From Lingula anatina (lineage: Eukaryota; Animalia; Brachiopoda): DNA of 64,000 nucleotides. Shown here piece after piece: positions 26,565 through 40,000 of the stretch. The translations under genes were made by a program, and so were the position numbers. The notes under the pieces were generated by a model. It did no database searches. It saw only the letters and a program-made list of their open reading frames with translations, and had not been told where the DNA came from. The first letter of the stretch is position 1. Every line of letters starts with the position of its first letter. The stretch spans positions 4,216,001-4,280,000 of the forward strand of contig CM120642.1 of the NCBI GenBank assembly GCA_051362555.1, read 5' to 3'.

Positions 26565-29154
26565 ACTGTTTTTTTTTTATTTTTTTTATTTTTTTTTTTT
26601 CCTCAGGCATTATGCGATCATTACTGGTTCTTCATTTTCCATCTTAAATACTCAGGACAATATATGTAGTGTACTCCACAATGTATGTAGTATACTCTTT
26701 CATACATTAGAGAATTTGTTTTTAGGTGTTTCATATTTATTTACAAATGCCATTCAAATATATATAAGGCATGCAAATTTGGTTTCCATCATATAAGACA
26801 TCTTGCAGCATTCTAATTTTGTATAATGTATTTTTTTAATTTACGGACACCATTCTGTCTGCAATATAGCTATGCAATACTATTGTAGACCATATTTCTA
26901 TCACAGTATTTTTTGCAGTGTGGAGTACTGTTAATATACAACATAATTAAAAACTTTGCCTTGGTTACAGAGCTGCTGCAGACCATGCAGCTGCTTCATT
27001 TTCAAATGTCCATACATCCCTGCTTGTCAAAGCTAAAGTTCAACAACATCAGATTTAAGTTAACTGTACCAATTACAAATGTAAGTTGTGCCTTATTGGT
27101 TTTGTCATGCGCCATTCTACAACTGCAGAACCACAATATCTAATGACAAGATGATGTTTAACTGTTTGGTAAATTTGAGACAGACTTGCTCTTGACCTTC
27201 CAAGCTTGATAAAGTGGGACGCCTATGATGATCTGAAAATGAAAAAGCTGGCATGGAAAGATCTGTAGCTAGAGGTATTAAGAGTTGGTTACAACTCAAT
27301 TTGCCCTTGTTAAAATATCCTTCAGGGTTTGCTGTAACATCCTTTACAGATTTGTTGTAACATTATTTACAGCAATACAAAAGCCTGTTTCACTAGGAAG
27401 TTTTGATCAAAGGATGGACAGAACTTTCTGGTCAAAATTTTTAAAATCTATTTACCTGAAGGTAAAGCCATAGGGGTACGTTCAAGTGTGATAATGTGTC
27501 CTTTTCATAAAAGGAAAGGAAATTGTTTCTGTTTAAAACCAGTAGTTATTCTGTTATTACAAGTGGACTTCTACAGATTTATCCTGAACAGAAATGGACC
27601 AAAAGTTTGATTGAAAAGTTCGACCACATCTGGTCTTTAGTGCCTTCATGAAACTGGACCGTCCCAAATAATCCTCAGGGTTTGCTGCACCATCCACACT
27701 GGAACTTCACAACTGTTGTAACACAAGTTAAATACTTTCTACCCCCATTGTAATTGTAATCAGTGAAAAGACTTAAGGATTTTTACATATTTTTTTGTTT
27801 GTGTCATGGAAGTATGTACTGACTTATGGCATTTTAGTTTTATTAGAAAGTTTCATGTTCTGTAGTTTAGTGTTGTTTGTTGTCATAGCTTGACAAGATA
27901 TTTAGATTTTCTATAACTGGTGCTATGTCAGAGACTTCAAGAAGAAGCTGAAAATAATAATTTTGGCATCCTTTATTTTGGATGTACTGGTTTTTAAAAA
28001 AGCAGTACATTATTTTGAAATTACATGTCAAACTAGTCACAGGTGGGATTTCCTCTCACTTTGGAAAATTTCACTGTTTTTCTGTTGACAATAAAGATCG
28101 CATGTTTTGGTTGGAAAAGTAAACAATTTGAAGTTGTAGTTTTACTTTTCCAATGGTCTCTTTTTGCATTTTGTGCCAGTAGACTATGGAGAGTGAGGAA
28201 ATGCTCATCTTAAGAACAACAATTAAAATGAAATACAAGTTAATTATTTTTAATATATAAAGTAAGTGGATGGACAAGATAGATCAAACCGTCTTAGAAA
28301 ATCATCAATGTTTAAGAAGCCAAAAAACCCATACTGTCACAAGTCCACAACTGATGTGAGGCACGATTCTGCCATGTTGTTTACTGCCTCAAAATTTTTA
28401 TTCCCATGTCCTTAAATAAAAATACAACAAATGCTAAACAGTGTTTAAGACAAGCAACACAAGATGAACTATTCTCCTTGGCAGTTTACTTATCACCAGT
28501 TACAATTTTACTATTAATCACATTCTACTGGCTACTTGTCTTTTCTGAATAATCTCTGAAGGCAAATGAAGAACAAATGTTTTCTCTAGTCAAATGCATG
28601 GTCACCACCCCAAGGTAGTCTAAACATAATCCTTTCCTTTCTCCACAATTGTTACAGTGGCTGTAACAGCATTTGTTCGACTTAAGTCAATTTACTGATC
28701 GAGGGGTAATGGCAGTGATCCAGTGAGCCCTTTTAACTTGCAGCTTGGGATTACTTGTCTCATAATTCCTCTCTGACAATTTAAAAACTTTATTGAGATG
28801 TTTAAGTCATTGCACTTTATTGATAAGGTTTATTGTGAACTTTGAAAACAATTCCTCTTTAAATAGTTGACCAACTTAGCTTTATCACTGGTGATGTGAA
28901 TGTCAAATAACTCCTTACTGGTATCTTGACTCAAGGGAAATGTACAGTCCAAAATATTTACTATAATAATAAATGTCAACAAAGGTCCTCAAAAATATTT
29001 TTCATAACCAAAAGCAGATGCAAATTTTCTGGCACGTTTCTGTCACCATGCATTTGAGCCACTGCATATCCGGATATAAAATGACATGAGCGCATCCATA
29101 ACACTGTGTTTCCTGTAACTATGAAAATCTAGTGAGCCTGTATTCTCAGTTATA

Positions 29155-32100
29155 TTAGCACAAATCCCAATTGGCCTCTGAACTGAACTCTTCTCCATAG
29201 TAATTGACAGCCACTAAGTCTGGCTTCTTCTTGATCACACCCACAATAAGTTCATCCTCAATCTGAAAGAAAAGAATTTTTAAATTCATGAAATTCAACA
29301 AAAATGTACAAATAAAGATAGGTGGACCCAATGATATCATGTCAATAATTATAACAATAATGATAACAACAATAATAATTTTAAAATAATAAAAAGACAT
29401 GAAGGCAATTTCATTCCAGTTACTCAAAAATATTTTTAAAATCTAGCACAATTTAGGCTGAACAAGTAACACATTCAATAAAATCTATTTATTTATGCTC
29501 ATATTTCGTAGAAGGACAAGTGCAGTTTTCCTTTTTGTGTCAATGGCCATCTTTTTACTTAGCCCAATACAACACAAAAGACCAGGGAGTCTGCTTGGAC
29601 AGCCAAGAACTAGTAGGTTGAGCTCTTAATTATCTGCAAACTTTTTTGAAGCTTACCTCAATATCATATAAGGGCATAAAACATAGCTAACAGACCCACT
29701 AAACCTTGTAACTGGGTGTCACGTTATAAACTTTGATTAAATACTGCAACTGACCCATCTAACATTCATCACTGGTGGTAAACTCCAATCAAATGCCTCT
29801 TAAATTCAGATGTGCACAATATTATAAGGAAATTTGAAAATTAAAAAAGCTGCCCCCCCCCCCCCTTTCCCTCCAGCTCTAGGACTAGTTGTAATGAAAA
29901 ATATAATAATATAATACATCACAGGACATACCAGGGTTTATCTGGCATCAAGGGAACACCCAGTCAGGATACAGTTTTCATGTGTGCAGAATATATCCCC
30001 ATAACAATTGACAGCTATTAAGTTTCGTTTCTTCTTTAAAACTTCTATCACTACTTGATCACAAATCTGCAAGGGAACAGTCAGTGTGACTCTTTACTAA
30101 TTTAGTAAGTTCCATGTTGTATAGTACACCTATTCTGTTTGACAACTGTTAATTGCACATGAAATCAAGTCAACAGAGTAGCTAACTGAAACAGTTATCA
30201 AGCCAAGAAGATAATCCTAAGGAACTGTACAAAATTAACCTTTCTTTTTGTATTACTACATAAGATCCAGTGAAAAAATTTATATAAGAGGGACTGTTGG
30301 TTACAGTGTTCAAGACCAATATCTTAAAGGTTAATGGGACAAATTAAAGTGACCCAAAATATCTTAAAAGATGATCAGGTACTCATAGAAGTAAAACTGG
30401 CATATTGTAGACTATTGTTCGGCCAGTGTCATTGAGGCCCGAGTGGTGTCTGTGACTTTCAGTGCCATGTCCAGCATCAGCATGGTATGCCATGGAGCTA
30501 GTGTCTAGTCTAAGGGTGCGTTCACAATGAATCTATCATACTAGGAAGTTTGGACTAACTCTGAGGACACTCGCTGAATGCAATCAGATTAACATACTTT
30601 CTGCTGTTCTCAACATACTTTATATAATCACCAGCTTTTCTGTATTCTTGTCAATGTCAGGAGGAGGTGTGTCAATCTGATTGCATTCAGCAAGAGTCCC
30701 CGTGGAGTTAGTTCAAACCACCAAGTACAGAGTTTCATAGTAAACGAACCCTCAGTCAAACCTATTCTTAATATACAATTTTTAAACATACCCCATTGCA
30801 AGCTTTGAGGTCCAGATAAACCAGTTTGGGTACCTTGACGGGCACCTGTCCCAAGCAGTCTCCCCGGATTACTTTCATGCCAACCAATTCTAAACGCTTA
30901 AGATTCCTATCAAATTAAATAATAAACACACAAAATAAGTTAGGTTTTGTAAGATGAATGAAAAAATAACAATTCAACAATGATTAAAATCAACTTGGGC
31001 TTTTTCTAGCATACTTTTTTTGCCAAAAAGTAGAATTCAAATTAAGGACAAGAACATAACATATTGGCAGAAAATAATTAAGATCTTGTCCCATTTTTCA
31101 GAGAAAAAATTGCTGACTATTGGCCAACTTTTTATTATTTTTACATGCTAGAGTAAGCCCAAGCCTACATCATAAATTATTGATGACCATAACTTACAGC
31201 ACCACACTGCCTCAAATCCATGAATTTTAAGCGTGGTAAACAGCCTGGGATCCTTTCTAAAGAGATTCCTTGAATCTTGTCCAAGCCCAGCAGATCCATA
31301 AACTGAAGGTGGCTAAACAGCAGAAGACAACTAAACAATATGCCTGTTATGGCAATCACTTAACTAATAAGATCAAAAGTATTTTATCATCATTTTTTTT
31401 TTTTTTTTTTTTTATGCAAATATGTGACAAAAAAGGCATAAAAATTAAATGAAAAGATATTGATTTATGCCAGAAAGCTTTTATCTCTTTTCTTTTCTTT
31501 CACATAAACGGTCCCCTCTCAAATACATACCTGCATTTGTCCACTATGCTGGCTAACCCATGGTCTGTGATGTTCCAACACCAGCACAGGGCCAGGTATT
31601 CAAGACTGCTCCCACAACTGAAATATTTTAGACAAAAATTTCATGAATTATAGTACTTAATATCAGCTAAAGCAGAGATATTAAATAATGTAATCTCATA
31701 TGATAAATAAGATAGGAATTTCATTAATTATATTACTTAATACCAGCTAAAGAAGAGATATCCCATAATGTAATCTCATATGATAAATCTAATCCTCACC
31801 CACAGGAGATATCAAATAAAACAAATCCACGAACAGTAAAAAAAATCTGCATATAATCAGTTCCTGGTCACTTTTTCTCCCTAAGGCCCAAAAAATTAGT
31901 TCCCAAGTTCCCAGAATAAAGCAGTTGGCTAAAAAATATTTAGGACAGGCAGTATAACCTTACCACTCTACCAGTTGCTGTACCCCATCATCTTCCAACT
32001 CTGAACACTCAGTCAGGTCCAGTAAATGCAGGTTACTAAGCTCCTCCCCTCCAAACAGACACTTTATCCCATCATTTGTCAGCTGATTCCCTTTCTTTAA

Positions 32101-35100
32101 TCTCAGAGAGGTAAGGTTGCTCAGTTTCTGTAAAATTTCAAACACTTTTCCCCTTCGTACTCAAAGATAATGATTTCTATGTAAGTTAAGCAGTGGCATA
32201 AAGTTCACCACCGTTACAGTTATATTTTTTAAGATACTTGAAAATGCAACATGAACATGCAAGCTGTGGGTTATACAATTTGCTTTTCATTTTAAAAAAG
32301 TGAATTTTCACAATAATTATATTCATTGTTTTAGTCTTTAAATAATACACCATAAAAATATATCAAAACCCACTAATTCCTGCAACCCAATACAAGGTTT
32401 TGAAAAAAGTATCAACAAAACACAAAACAACTTCTCTGTGGAAGAAATTTTAAGTCACTTGTGTTTTCACCTTTAAATGCTGCACCCCTACATCAGTGAC
32501 AAGCTCAGCGAAAGAAATGCTGAACTTTTCCAGGAGTTTGCACTTGCTAATCTCTGCCAAACTGTCATCACTCAGCTCCGCCCCATCAACACAAAGCTGG
32601 CGCAGGTGCTGCCCCTGGTGGGATACTAACACACTAATGGCACTAAAAAACAGAAAATCATATTTTAAATTATGACATCCTTTCCTGCAATTCACTGATG
32701 TTTGCTTCCCAATCAATGACATGTAACATGCATATGTATATAATGTGTAGGCTGTTTCATGTTTTTATGCAAGTAAGCTGACTCCGCATAAAAAGGGAAT
32801 ACAATTTTCCTAAGGGATGTAATGGATTTGTCTGACTTTAAAAGTCAGCTATGAATTGTGACCAATACTATAATGATGAATTCAGCCAAATAATATGTAC
32901 TTAGATACTCAGTGTTTGCAATGTTTCCTCCAAGGCCAGTCTCATATGGATGCTAAGTAGAATTTCTGCATGTACAGAATCATATTTCAAACATTTCACT
33001 TCCAAAAACGTCAATCTTGGCAGCCCTTCATTTGAATAATAAAATTATACAAAGGTGGGCCCATTATCACAGCACAAACATATCTGCTTTAATGGCTCAA
33101 TACTAACTCATCAGTGACCCAGGATATTCCATCAATATTGAGTGAGAACAGGCTCTTAATGTTCCTAGCCATGTGTTCAATGCTGTCATCCTGCAGCCCC
33201 GTGCAGTGGGAGAGGTTCACAGAGCACAAAGATGGCAGCTCACACAGCTTCTGGATACACTGGTGATCAATGAGGGTACAACCTGGAAATAAATGTATAC
33301 ATTAATGTATGTTAACAATTGTACATTCAGTAACTGGGAATGAATAATAACAACTTGTGTGATTATTATTTTTCCCCTAGACTATCCTAAGGGATATTAA
33401 TTTTGCCTTTGGAAAAAGTGCAGTGCCTATGAGAATCACCTGTTCAGAAAGTTGTCATTTCACTTCAGATTCTCAAAATATTGGTGAAAAAGTAACCTTG
33501 GAGGAAAACAGATTTTTTTCAATATATTAACTCTGGAATTATATAATATCTTTTAAAATTTGTTAAAACAGTAATCAAAAATGAGACAAGATCAAGGATA
33601 AAATATTTGCCTCACCTTCCACATTGACCACCTCCAACTCTCTGCAGCCTCTCACCAGAGTGGCAATAATTCCATAGTTGACAGAGTCACAGAAACCAAG
33701 GTTAATTGTATGGAGATGGCTGCAGCTATCTGCCAGTGCTTTTATCTCAGCATAGTTGAGCTGTTGGCGCCCATGGAGAGACAGGTGCCTGAGGAGAGTG
33801 GCATAGTGGAAGCAAATGCACAGGGATTCTGTGGAAATCTGGTCACTGTATTCAAACTGTAGCACCTTCCACAGCGCAGGATCTCGTGACAGAGCGTGCC
33901 ATTGCCTGCACACTGGGGACACATACCTACACAGCTCTTTGGGAGTCAGGTATGACAAAATGTGGTGCATAATCTCAACAGGTAAGTCAGATATAGACAT
34001 AGGTTTAACTGTAGCGATTGGGGTTTCATCTGAATCACAAATAGCACCATCTACTTCAGTTTTTGTACTAATTGTTTCATTTGAATTGGTGATATGTAGG
34101 TTTGGGACAACCTGGGTGGCAGAGGAAATGCTTTCTTGGTTATGACCTTGACCTTCACCTGGGACTATGTGACCTTGCACCTGACCTTCAACCTTGACAG
34201 GAATGTTTTCTTGGCTAAATACAGAACTAGACTGTTGTACAGAATGGCCTTCACCCTGTTCCTGATCTAATTCAATAGACTGTTTCTCAAAAGGCTGGCA
34301 GTCTTTTTCCAATTTATGCACCAATTTACCAGTTGTGGAATCAGCTGCTATTTTCTGGATTTCACTACGAAGGTAATTTGCACTACTGCTCATTTTTACC
34401 CTGGGATATGCCCAGCACTCCTTCAAACTACTGTCACTAGGACTACTAGAGAAATACTCAAGCATTGACATACTTCTGGGAGAACTATGATATAGCCCTT
34501 CTTGCTGAGGGTGACACCTGCTGCCCCCTGCTGGCAGATCACCCTCTCTGAATGTTGCCCAGTTCTGTGTAACCAGGAAATTGTGATCCAGGCTCCATTG
34601 CCTCTCTACCTGAGGATATTTCACCGCTTCTTGCGTGCTGTCTGACCATTTGCTGGTGAAAGTACAGGATGAGCTAAGACGAGAAGGCAGTGTATCGCTG
34701 TTACGTCTTATGTTATGAGCACCTTCATCTAAAAGCATGCCATCATGATCAATAACTCTGGTAACCTTGACCTTGTTAGAGTCAGGGTCAAGGCTGTTAT
34801 TGTTCAAGGTGGCTGAGGGTAGTTTTGAAATACTTTGATCATACCCTGCATCAAGTAGTATGTCTTCATTGGTCATGTTGAGTACATTCTGAGAATCCTC
34901 CATATCCTCCAAGAGGATGGCATGATCCTCAAGATCAGCAAGCTGTGATCCTCCTGGGTCTGTTGAGACATTAGATGCCTGGATTCCGTCCCTCTTGACT
35001 GCACACTGTGTAGGAATGTCAAGAAAGTCTGGTCTTGAAGGACACTCACCTGCAGATAACAACAAGGAATATCTGTTACATATTCTGCATTGACTGAATA

Positions 35101-35194
35101 CATTTACAAATTAAACCAAAATCAACTCAACAGCTGTTTTCTGGTGTAAGCTGTTCCATTTACCCGTGTAAGTGTGTCTTTTAGGGGGTGTCAT
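29155..35194 (-). CDS. F-box/leucine-rich-repeat protein (FBXL family) with long disordered N-terminus; start codon uncertain
   Basis: F-box ISDLPVEIMHHILSYLTPKELCRYVSPVCRQWHALSRDPALW followed by cysteine-containing LRRs (INLGFCDSV, VNLSHCTGL, LDLTECSEL, LALCWCWNITD). Approximate exons: 33616-35049, 33110-33282, 32472-32642, 31964-32128, 31531-31617, then 31198-31312 or 30792-30906, then 29938-30066 or 29155-29262. A possible first coding exon is 35164-35194. Confidence 0.85.
29938..30066 (-). CDS. FBXL alternative terminal exon B1 (ICDQVVIEVLKKKRNLIAVNCYGDIF...DAR*)
   Basis: Phase-0 acceptor TTGCAG; homologous to terminal exon 29155-29262 (IEDELIVGVIKKKPDLVAVNYYGEEF...). Confidence 0.8.
   Translation of the reverse strand: MCDQVVIEVLKKKRNLIAVNCYGDIFCTHENCILTGCSLDAR
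30514..30751. mobile_element. Tourist/PIF-Harbinger-like MITE, family 1
   Basis: TIRs GGGTGCGTTCAC...GTAAACGAACCC, TAA/TCA flanks, internal inverted arms CTGAATGCAATCAGATT / AATCTGATTGCATTCAG. Confidence 0.7.
30792..30906 (-). CDS. FBXL penultimate exon copy A2 (NLKRLELVGMKVIRG...LVYLDLKACNG)
   Basis: 115 nt, phase 2 in / phase 0 out, AG..GTATGT; same LRR register as A1. Confidence 0.8.
31198..31312 (-). CDS. FBXL penultimate exon copy A1 (HLQFMDLLGLDKIQG...LKFMDLRQCGA)
   Basis: 115 nt, phase 2 in / phase 0 out, AG..GTAAGT. Confidence 0.82.
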
Positions 35195-35399
35195 TTTAAA
35201 GAATTGATCTATTTTTGTATGATGTTACACCTCATCCAAGAAGTCATGCACTTAACTGACTTGGGGTTTTAAGTCAATAGTTTTTGAAAAAGTCTGAATT
35301 ATATAAACGTTGGTGTTACCAAATTTGTTTACTCCAGTGGCAGAAGTGCCTGCTTCTGCAGTCACTTGTTCTTCGTCTTCATTCATTCTGTATCCACAT

Positions 35400-35820
35400 C
35401 GTAAGTCCTGGTGTTGATTCAAGAACTTACTGAAAGCGCAGTGAGCTTATAAAAAGGGAATGAAACACGCCTTTCTTGGTATTTACTTGTTTTAACAATA
35501 TCGCACGATTAATTTGTACTTTTCAAGTGCGATGAGATACTTTCGAATCTCCGGAGATGGGAGACCTCACTAGAAACTAACCAAAAAGTTAACGTTACAG
35601 TACTTTTAGCCACTTTTGCACAGGAATCCTAGTAAACAGCAAACGTAAAACTTTCAACATCAGTAAGCGCATTAATTAAATAGAACCAAGACAGAAACAT
35701 ACCATTAAACTTGACAAAATTCGTGAGTGCATTTGTTGAGTTCATTTGCACCGCTAAAGCATCAGGAGTTTTCAGTATAACTTCCGGCTTCCTTGTCGTA
35801 GAGGAAGCAACAAGGTAAGA
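35400..35820. promoter_or_regulatory. Candidate bidirectional promoter FBXL / KLHL8, with a KLHL8 5'UTR exon ending near 35814
   Basis: Head-to-head genes, CpG-rich patch, ETS-like ACTTCCGG near 35780, strong donor AAG|GTAAGA. Confidence 0.45.
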
Positions 35821-37079
35821 TTGGTCATGAAACACGACCATGAGACAAATTATCAACTCTTTTGATCATTTTTTAGACATAAGAAGTGACTGGGAGACTT
35901 AACGCATTTTGAATGCTGTTTCTTTTGCATTAAAAGTTACACGCAGGATAGAATGTTGTGACGCCTTCACTAGACTGTCTTTAAACTTAAAACGTCATAG
36001 CTGAAAAGACAAAAATCGATTCAATATACACGGACCCGGTACCTTGTAGTAGAACTGTTACTCATCGATTGTTTCCAGGATGCGACAACTTGACTATCTA
36101 AACCGCTTGACCTAGTCGATAGTGATAGTAAGATCTGCCGTGTATATTATAAGGATCAAGATTATACTGTAGTGTTAATAAAATAGAAAAAATCAAGTCA
36201 GTATGAACCACTATAACTTTGTAATTTATGGGTTATTTATGTCCAAATTATATTATCATACAAAGAGTTAATTATTCATTATGATAATAGTGTTATTTAT
36301 GTCCAAATTATTTCATCACACAAGGAATTAATTATTTATTATGATTATAGTGTTATAGGGAATTATGTATTAACTTTGATTTAGATTTTAATGTGTTCAA
36401 ATTGTCTTTGAGTGTACATCTTATACATTTTTATGTCAAGGTTGAAACTTTTTAGTTCAAGTGACCAATAAAGATTCCTTTATTTCTGTTTGGTATTTTA
36501 TAAGGCTTGCTTATTATTTTGACAAAGTTGTTCTTGTATGAATAATTGAGCTCTATTGTTGAGCTTAATATTTATTTATTTATTTATTTATTTATTTACT
36601 ATAAGTATGCATGCATGTATATAATGATTGTATATGTTTCTTATATATTGCAGAACCATGTAGAGATGACAAGGAAGCATGACATGGCAGTTGACCTCTC
36701 GGTGTCAAAGTAAACAGTCTATTGTCACCTGGTATATGGCTTTCTAGTTCAATTGAATCAGTAATATTGCACAACTTGTAGCATTATTTTTCTGTTACTG
36801 TTGTACTGAATATATAAGTTGAGTGCCCTAGATTTAGTACCAAGATATTGTACCTTGATGGTATTGGTAATCAAAATATTATATCTGCTTGTTAAAAGTC
36901 AGTAAATCAGCTTTACCAAAATTTGTGTGACTGATTATTTTAAAAAGATTTATTGATGAAATGTCCAGGCTTAATTATCCTCCATATATGCAGATCTGAA
37001 TAAGTAAACTAGGACATTGACATATATTTTGTTTCTCTATTTCAGGTAACTATTGCACACAACTAAGTCACAAGAAAAC

Positions 37080-40000
37080 ATGAGTCAAAAACCTGGCAGC
37101 AGACAAGGGTCATTTACCAGTAGACCCCCACCACCCCCGCCTCCGGTTATACCCCCACCACCAGGAACCCCTCCTGAACCCAGATCTAACCCCCCTCCCC
37201 TACCCACAGGGGCTAGTGCAGCACCCCCCTTGGTGCCAAGGAGGAGAGAGTCTTTAGACACTAACAATACAACTGCAGGACAAGGTAATGCATACATGCA
37301 CTGGCATGCCTGTTTCCAAACGTTTGTATATGAGTATACACATGTATACGTATCTTGACATCTGGTGGCATTTTGCAACAGTTATATGTATCTTATAATA
37401 AATTTTTTCTACTTTTGTTTAGGGTGGTGGGTAGTTAATCTTTGCTGACAGTCCGTGTATTTATAAGATATGATTTGATGTCAGTGGACACAAATATACT
37501 GGTTTATCATTTGTTATGTTTGGGAGATCAGCTGTGATTCATGGTCTTGATAAAAGAAAAATAATTTGAAATTTATAAAAAGATGATTACTTATCTGCAA
37601 TGTTTATAAAACAGAAAAATGCATTTTAATGGGAGCCCCTGCATATATCTATGAAACTTAATTTTTTACCGCATGTATATGTTTTCAGGTTCAGGTCCAT
37701 TGAATGATCGTCCTCTAACTGGAAGTCCAAATATATCAAGTCGGAGTGCTTTTCGATCGGTGTCAAGCAACTGTGCCTCAGTGCAATCCACGTCGACATC
37801 CATGACCTCTCCTCCCCCAAGTTACATAGCTGGCAGTGTTGGAGGTGTGGGGAGTTCAAGCCCGGCTACCAGACCAGCCAGTGCATTCAGCACTCTGCCC
37901 ACCAGCTCCCCAAGTCTTCCCTCACGTCCTAACACTAACACCCCAGAGTCCATGTCATCACAACCCAGTCTGAAAGCCAGAGGAGAGGATGCTGCCACTC
38001 TAACACGGACAATGGAGTTACGCCCCAACCTGAACTTGGTGCCCAAAAATCAAGAATCCCACAGTGTCGATTCTCGTCGTGAGGACCTGAGAGGATCGTG
38101 TCTGTATGAAGCGAAGTCCCTTACCCAGGATGCCTTTAAGGTCCTACACGAGTTTTATCAATCAGGTCAGCTGTGTGACCTTGAACTGAAGGTCGGGGAG
38201 AAAGTGTTTAAGTGCCATCGTGTTGTCCTGGCTTGTGTGAGTAAGTATTTCCGAGCTATGTTCACGTCAGAGATGGCAGAGAGTAAACAAAATACTGTGA
38301 CCATCCAGGACATTGATGAGTATGCCATGGAGCTGCTGATCAAGTTTGCCTACACTGGCAAGGTTCTCATAACAGTAAACAATGTCCAGCCCATGTTGTA
38401 TGCGGCATCCATTCTGCAGGTGGAGGCAGTGGCAATTGCAAGTAGCGATTTCATGAAAACACACATGCACCCCACAAACTGTATCGGTATCAGGCAGTTT
38501 GCTGAAGCTCATGGTCGCACTGAACTGATCAAAATGGCGGATAAATTTATACAGGACCACTTTCAGGACGTCGTGGAGGTTGAAGAATTTGTGTCCATGA
38601 CAACAGAGCATTTGGAATTAATTATAGCCTCTCCAAACATCTTTGTTGAATCTGAGATCCAAGCCTACGAGGCAGTAATGAAATGGCTGATGCATGACTT
38701 GGAGCACCGTAAGCAATATCTGGCCAGGTTAATGGCTCATGTGAAGTTTCCTCTTCTTCCAGCCTCGTATCTGATGGGCAAAGTGGAGCAGGAGCCCATG
38801 ATGAAGAAAGATCTGGACTGCAGAGATTATATTGATGAGGCCAAGCATTACCAGCTGTTTTTGTCTGGTGTTTATCCCACTGTTCAACTGTCTGAAAGAT
38901 TACGACCACGGAAAAGTTGTGCTGGTATGCTAACATGCATTTTTTTTTCATTTATTTTTTTTATTTGTTTGATTTATTTTTTATTTATTTCTCTAAGCAT
39001 TTATTCTTATGAGAAAGTTGGCTTTTCATTAGAATGTACAATTTTGTACGGTAAAGTCTTGAAAATTTCGTCGTTCTTGAAAATTTCGTCGGCAGACGAT
39101 TTTCCGCCGAGGTAATTTTTTTCCCCTTGAAAACTTCGTCGACCTTGAAAATGAGGTACTCAATAATTTTTGAAAAGTTCGTCACCAAATATGGCCGCGT
39201 TGTCCAGCTCAAACATGAAGGTAATGCGTCAGTTGATTCAAGACAATGATACGATCAGGATATCATTGCCGATAACACTCTCAATGGGAGATAGGAACAA
39301 TAGTGCGCCCCTGCGAGCGGTTACTCACAATATAAGTGGTTAAGATGTGAATCCCCGTTCTTAATTGCGGGAACATCGGCCTTTTGTCTAAATAGTTTCA
39401 TTACTATTACCTGGCTCAAGGTGCGTTATCAAGCCGGCAAATAAAAGTCACAGGCCGCGGCTTTGTCATTTGTAACGCCGTTATTGTTATCGGCGGCTGT
39501 CCTAAATGAGGAAGACACAATGAAAAATCAAGATATTATCTCGAAGGGAAATGTACCCGTCACTTCTATTCATGTCCATGTTCAATTTAGGACCATTTAA
39601 CAATTACCTGGCTCATCCATGGAGATCGTTCGCAATGCGAATGGGACGATATGGCAATTTTCATAGCTTCAGCAGAGAATCTTTCGCGTAATATTGTCAA
39701 CAGATCGTTCGCGATCCAAACGAGACAAGAAGAAAATTTTCACATTTATAGCAGACTCCGTTCGCGTAAGATCATCAGCGGGAGATCGTTTGCGATCCGA
39801 GCGAGACGAAAAGGCAATTTTCATGTCATCATCGGGAGATCGTTCGCGATGTAAGCAAGAATGAAATGCAATTTTCAAATTAGTGCAAGGAACTTAGTTT
39901 GCAAAAGATCGTCAGCGGGAGATCACTATTCTAACCCCCCCCCCTTTGAATTTAACAAATAATATATATATATTTTCATTTTATCTTAAACCCCCCCCCC

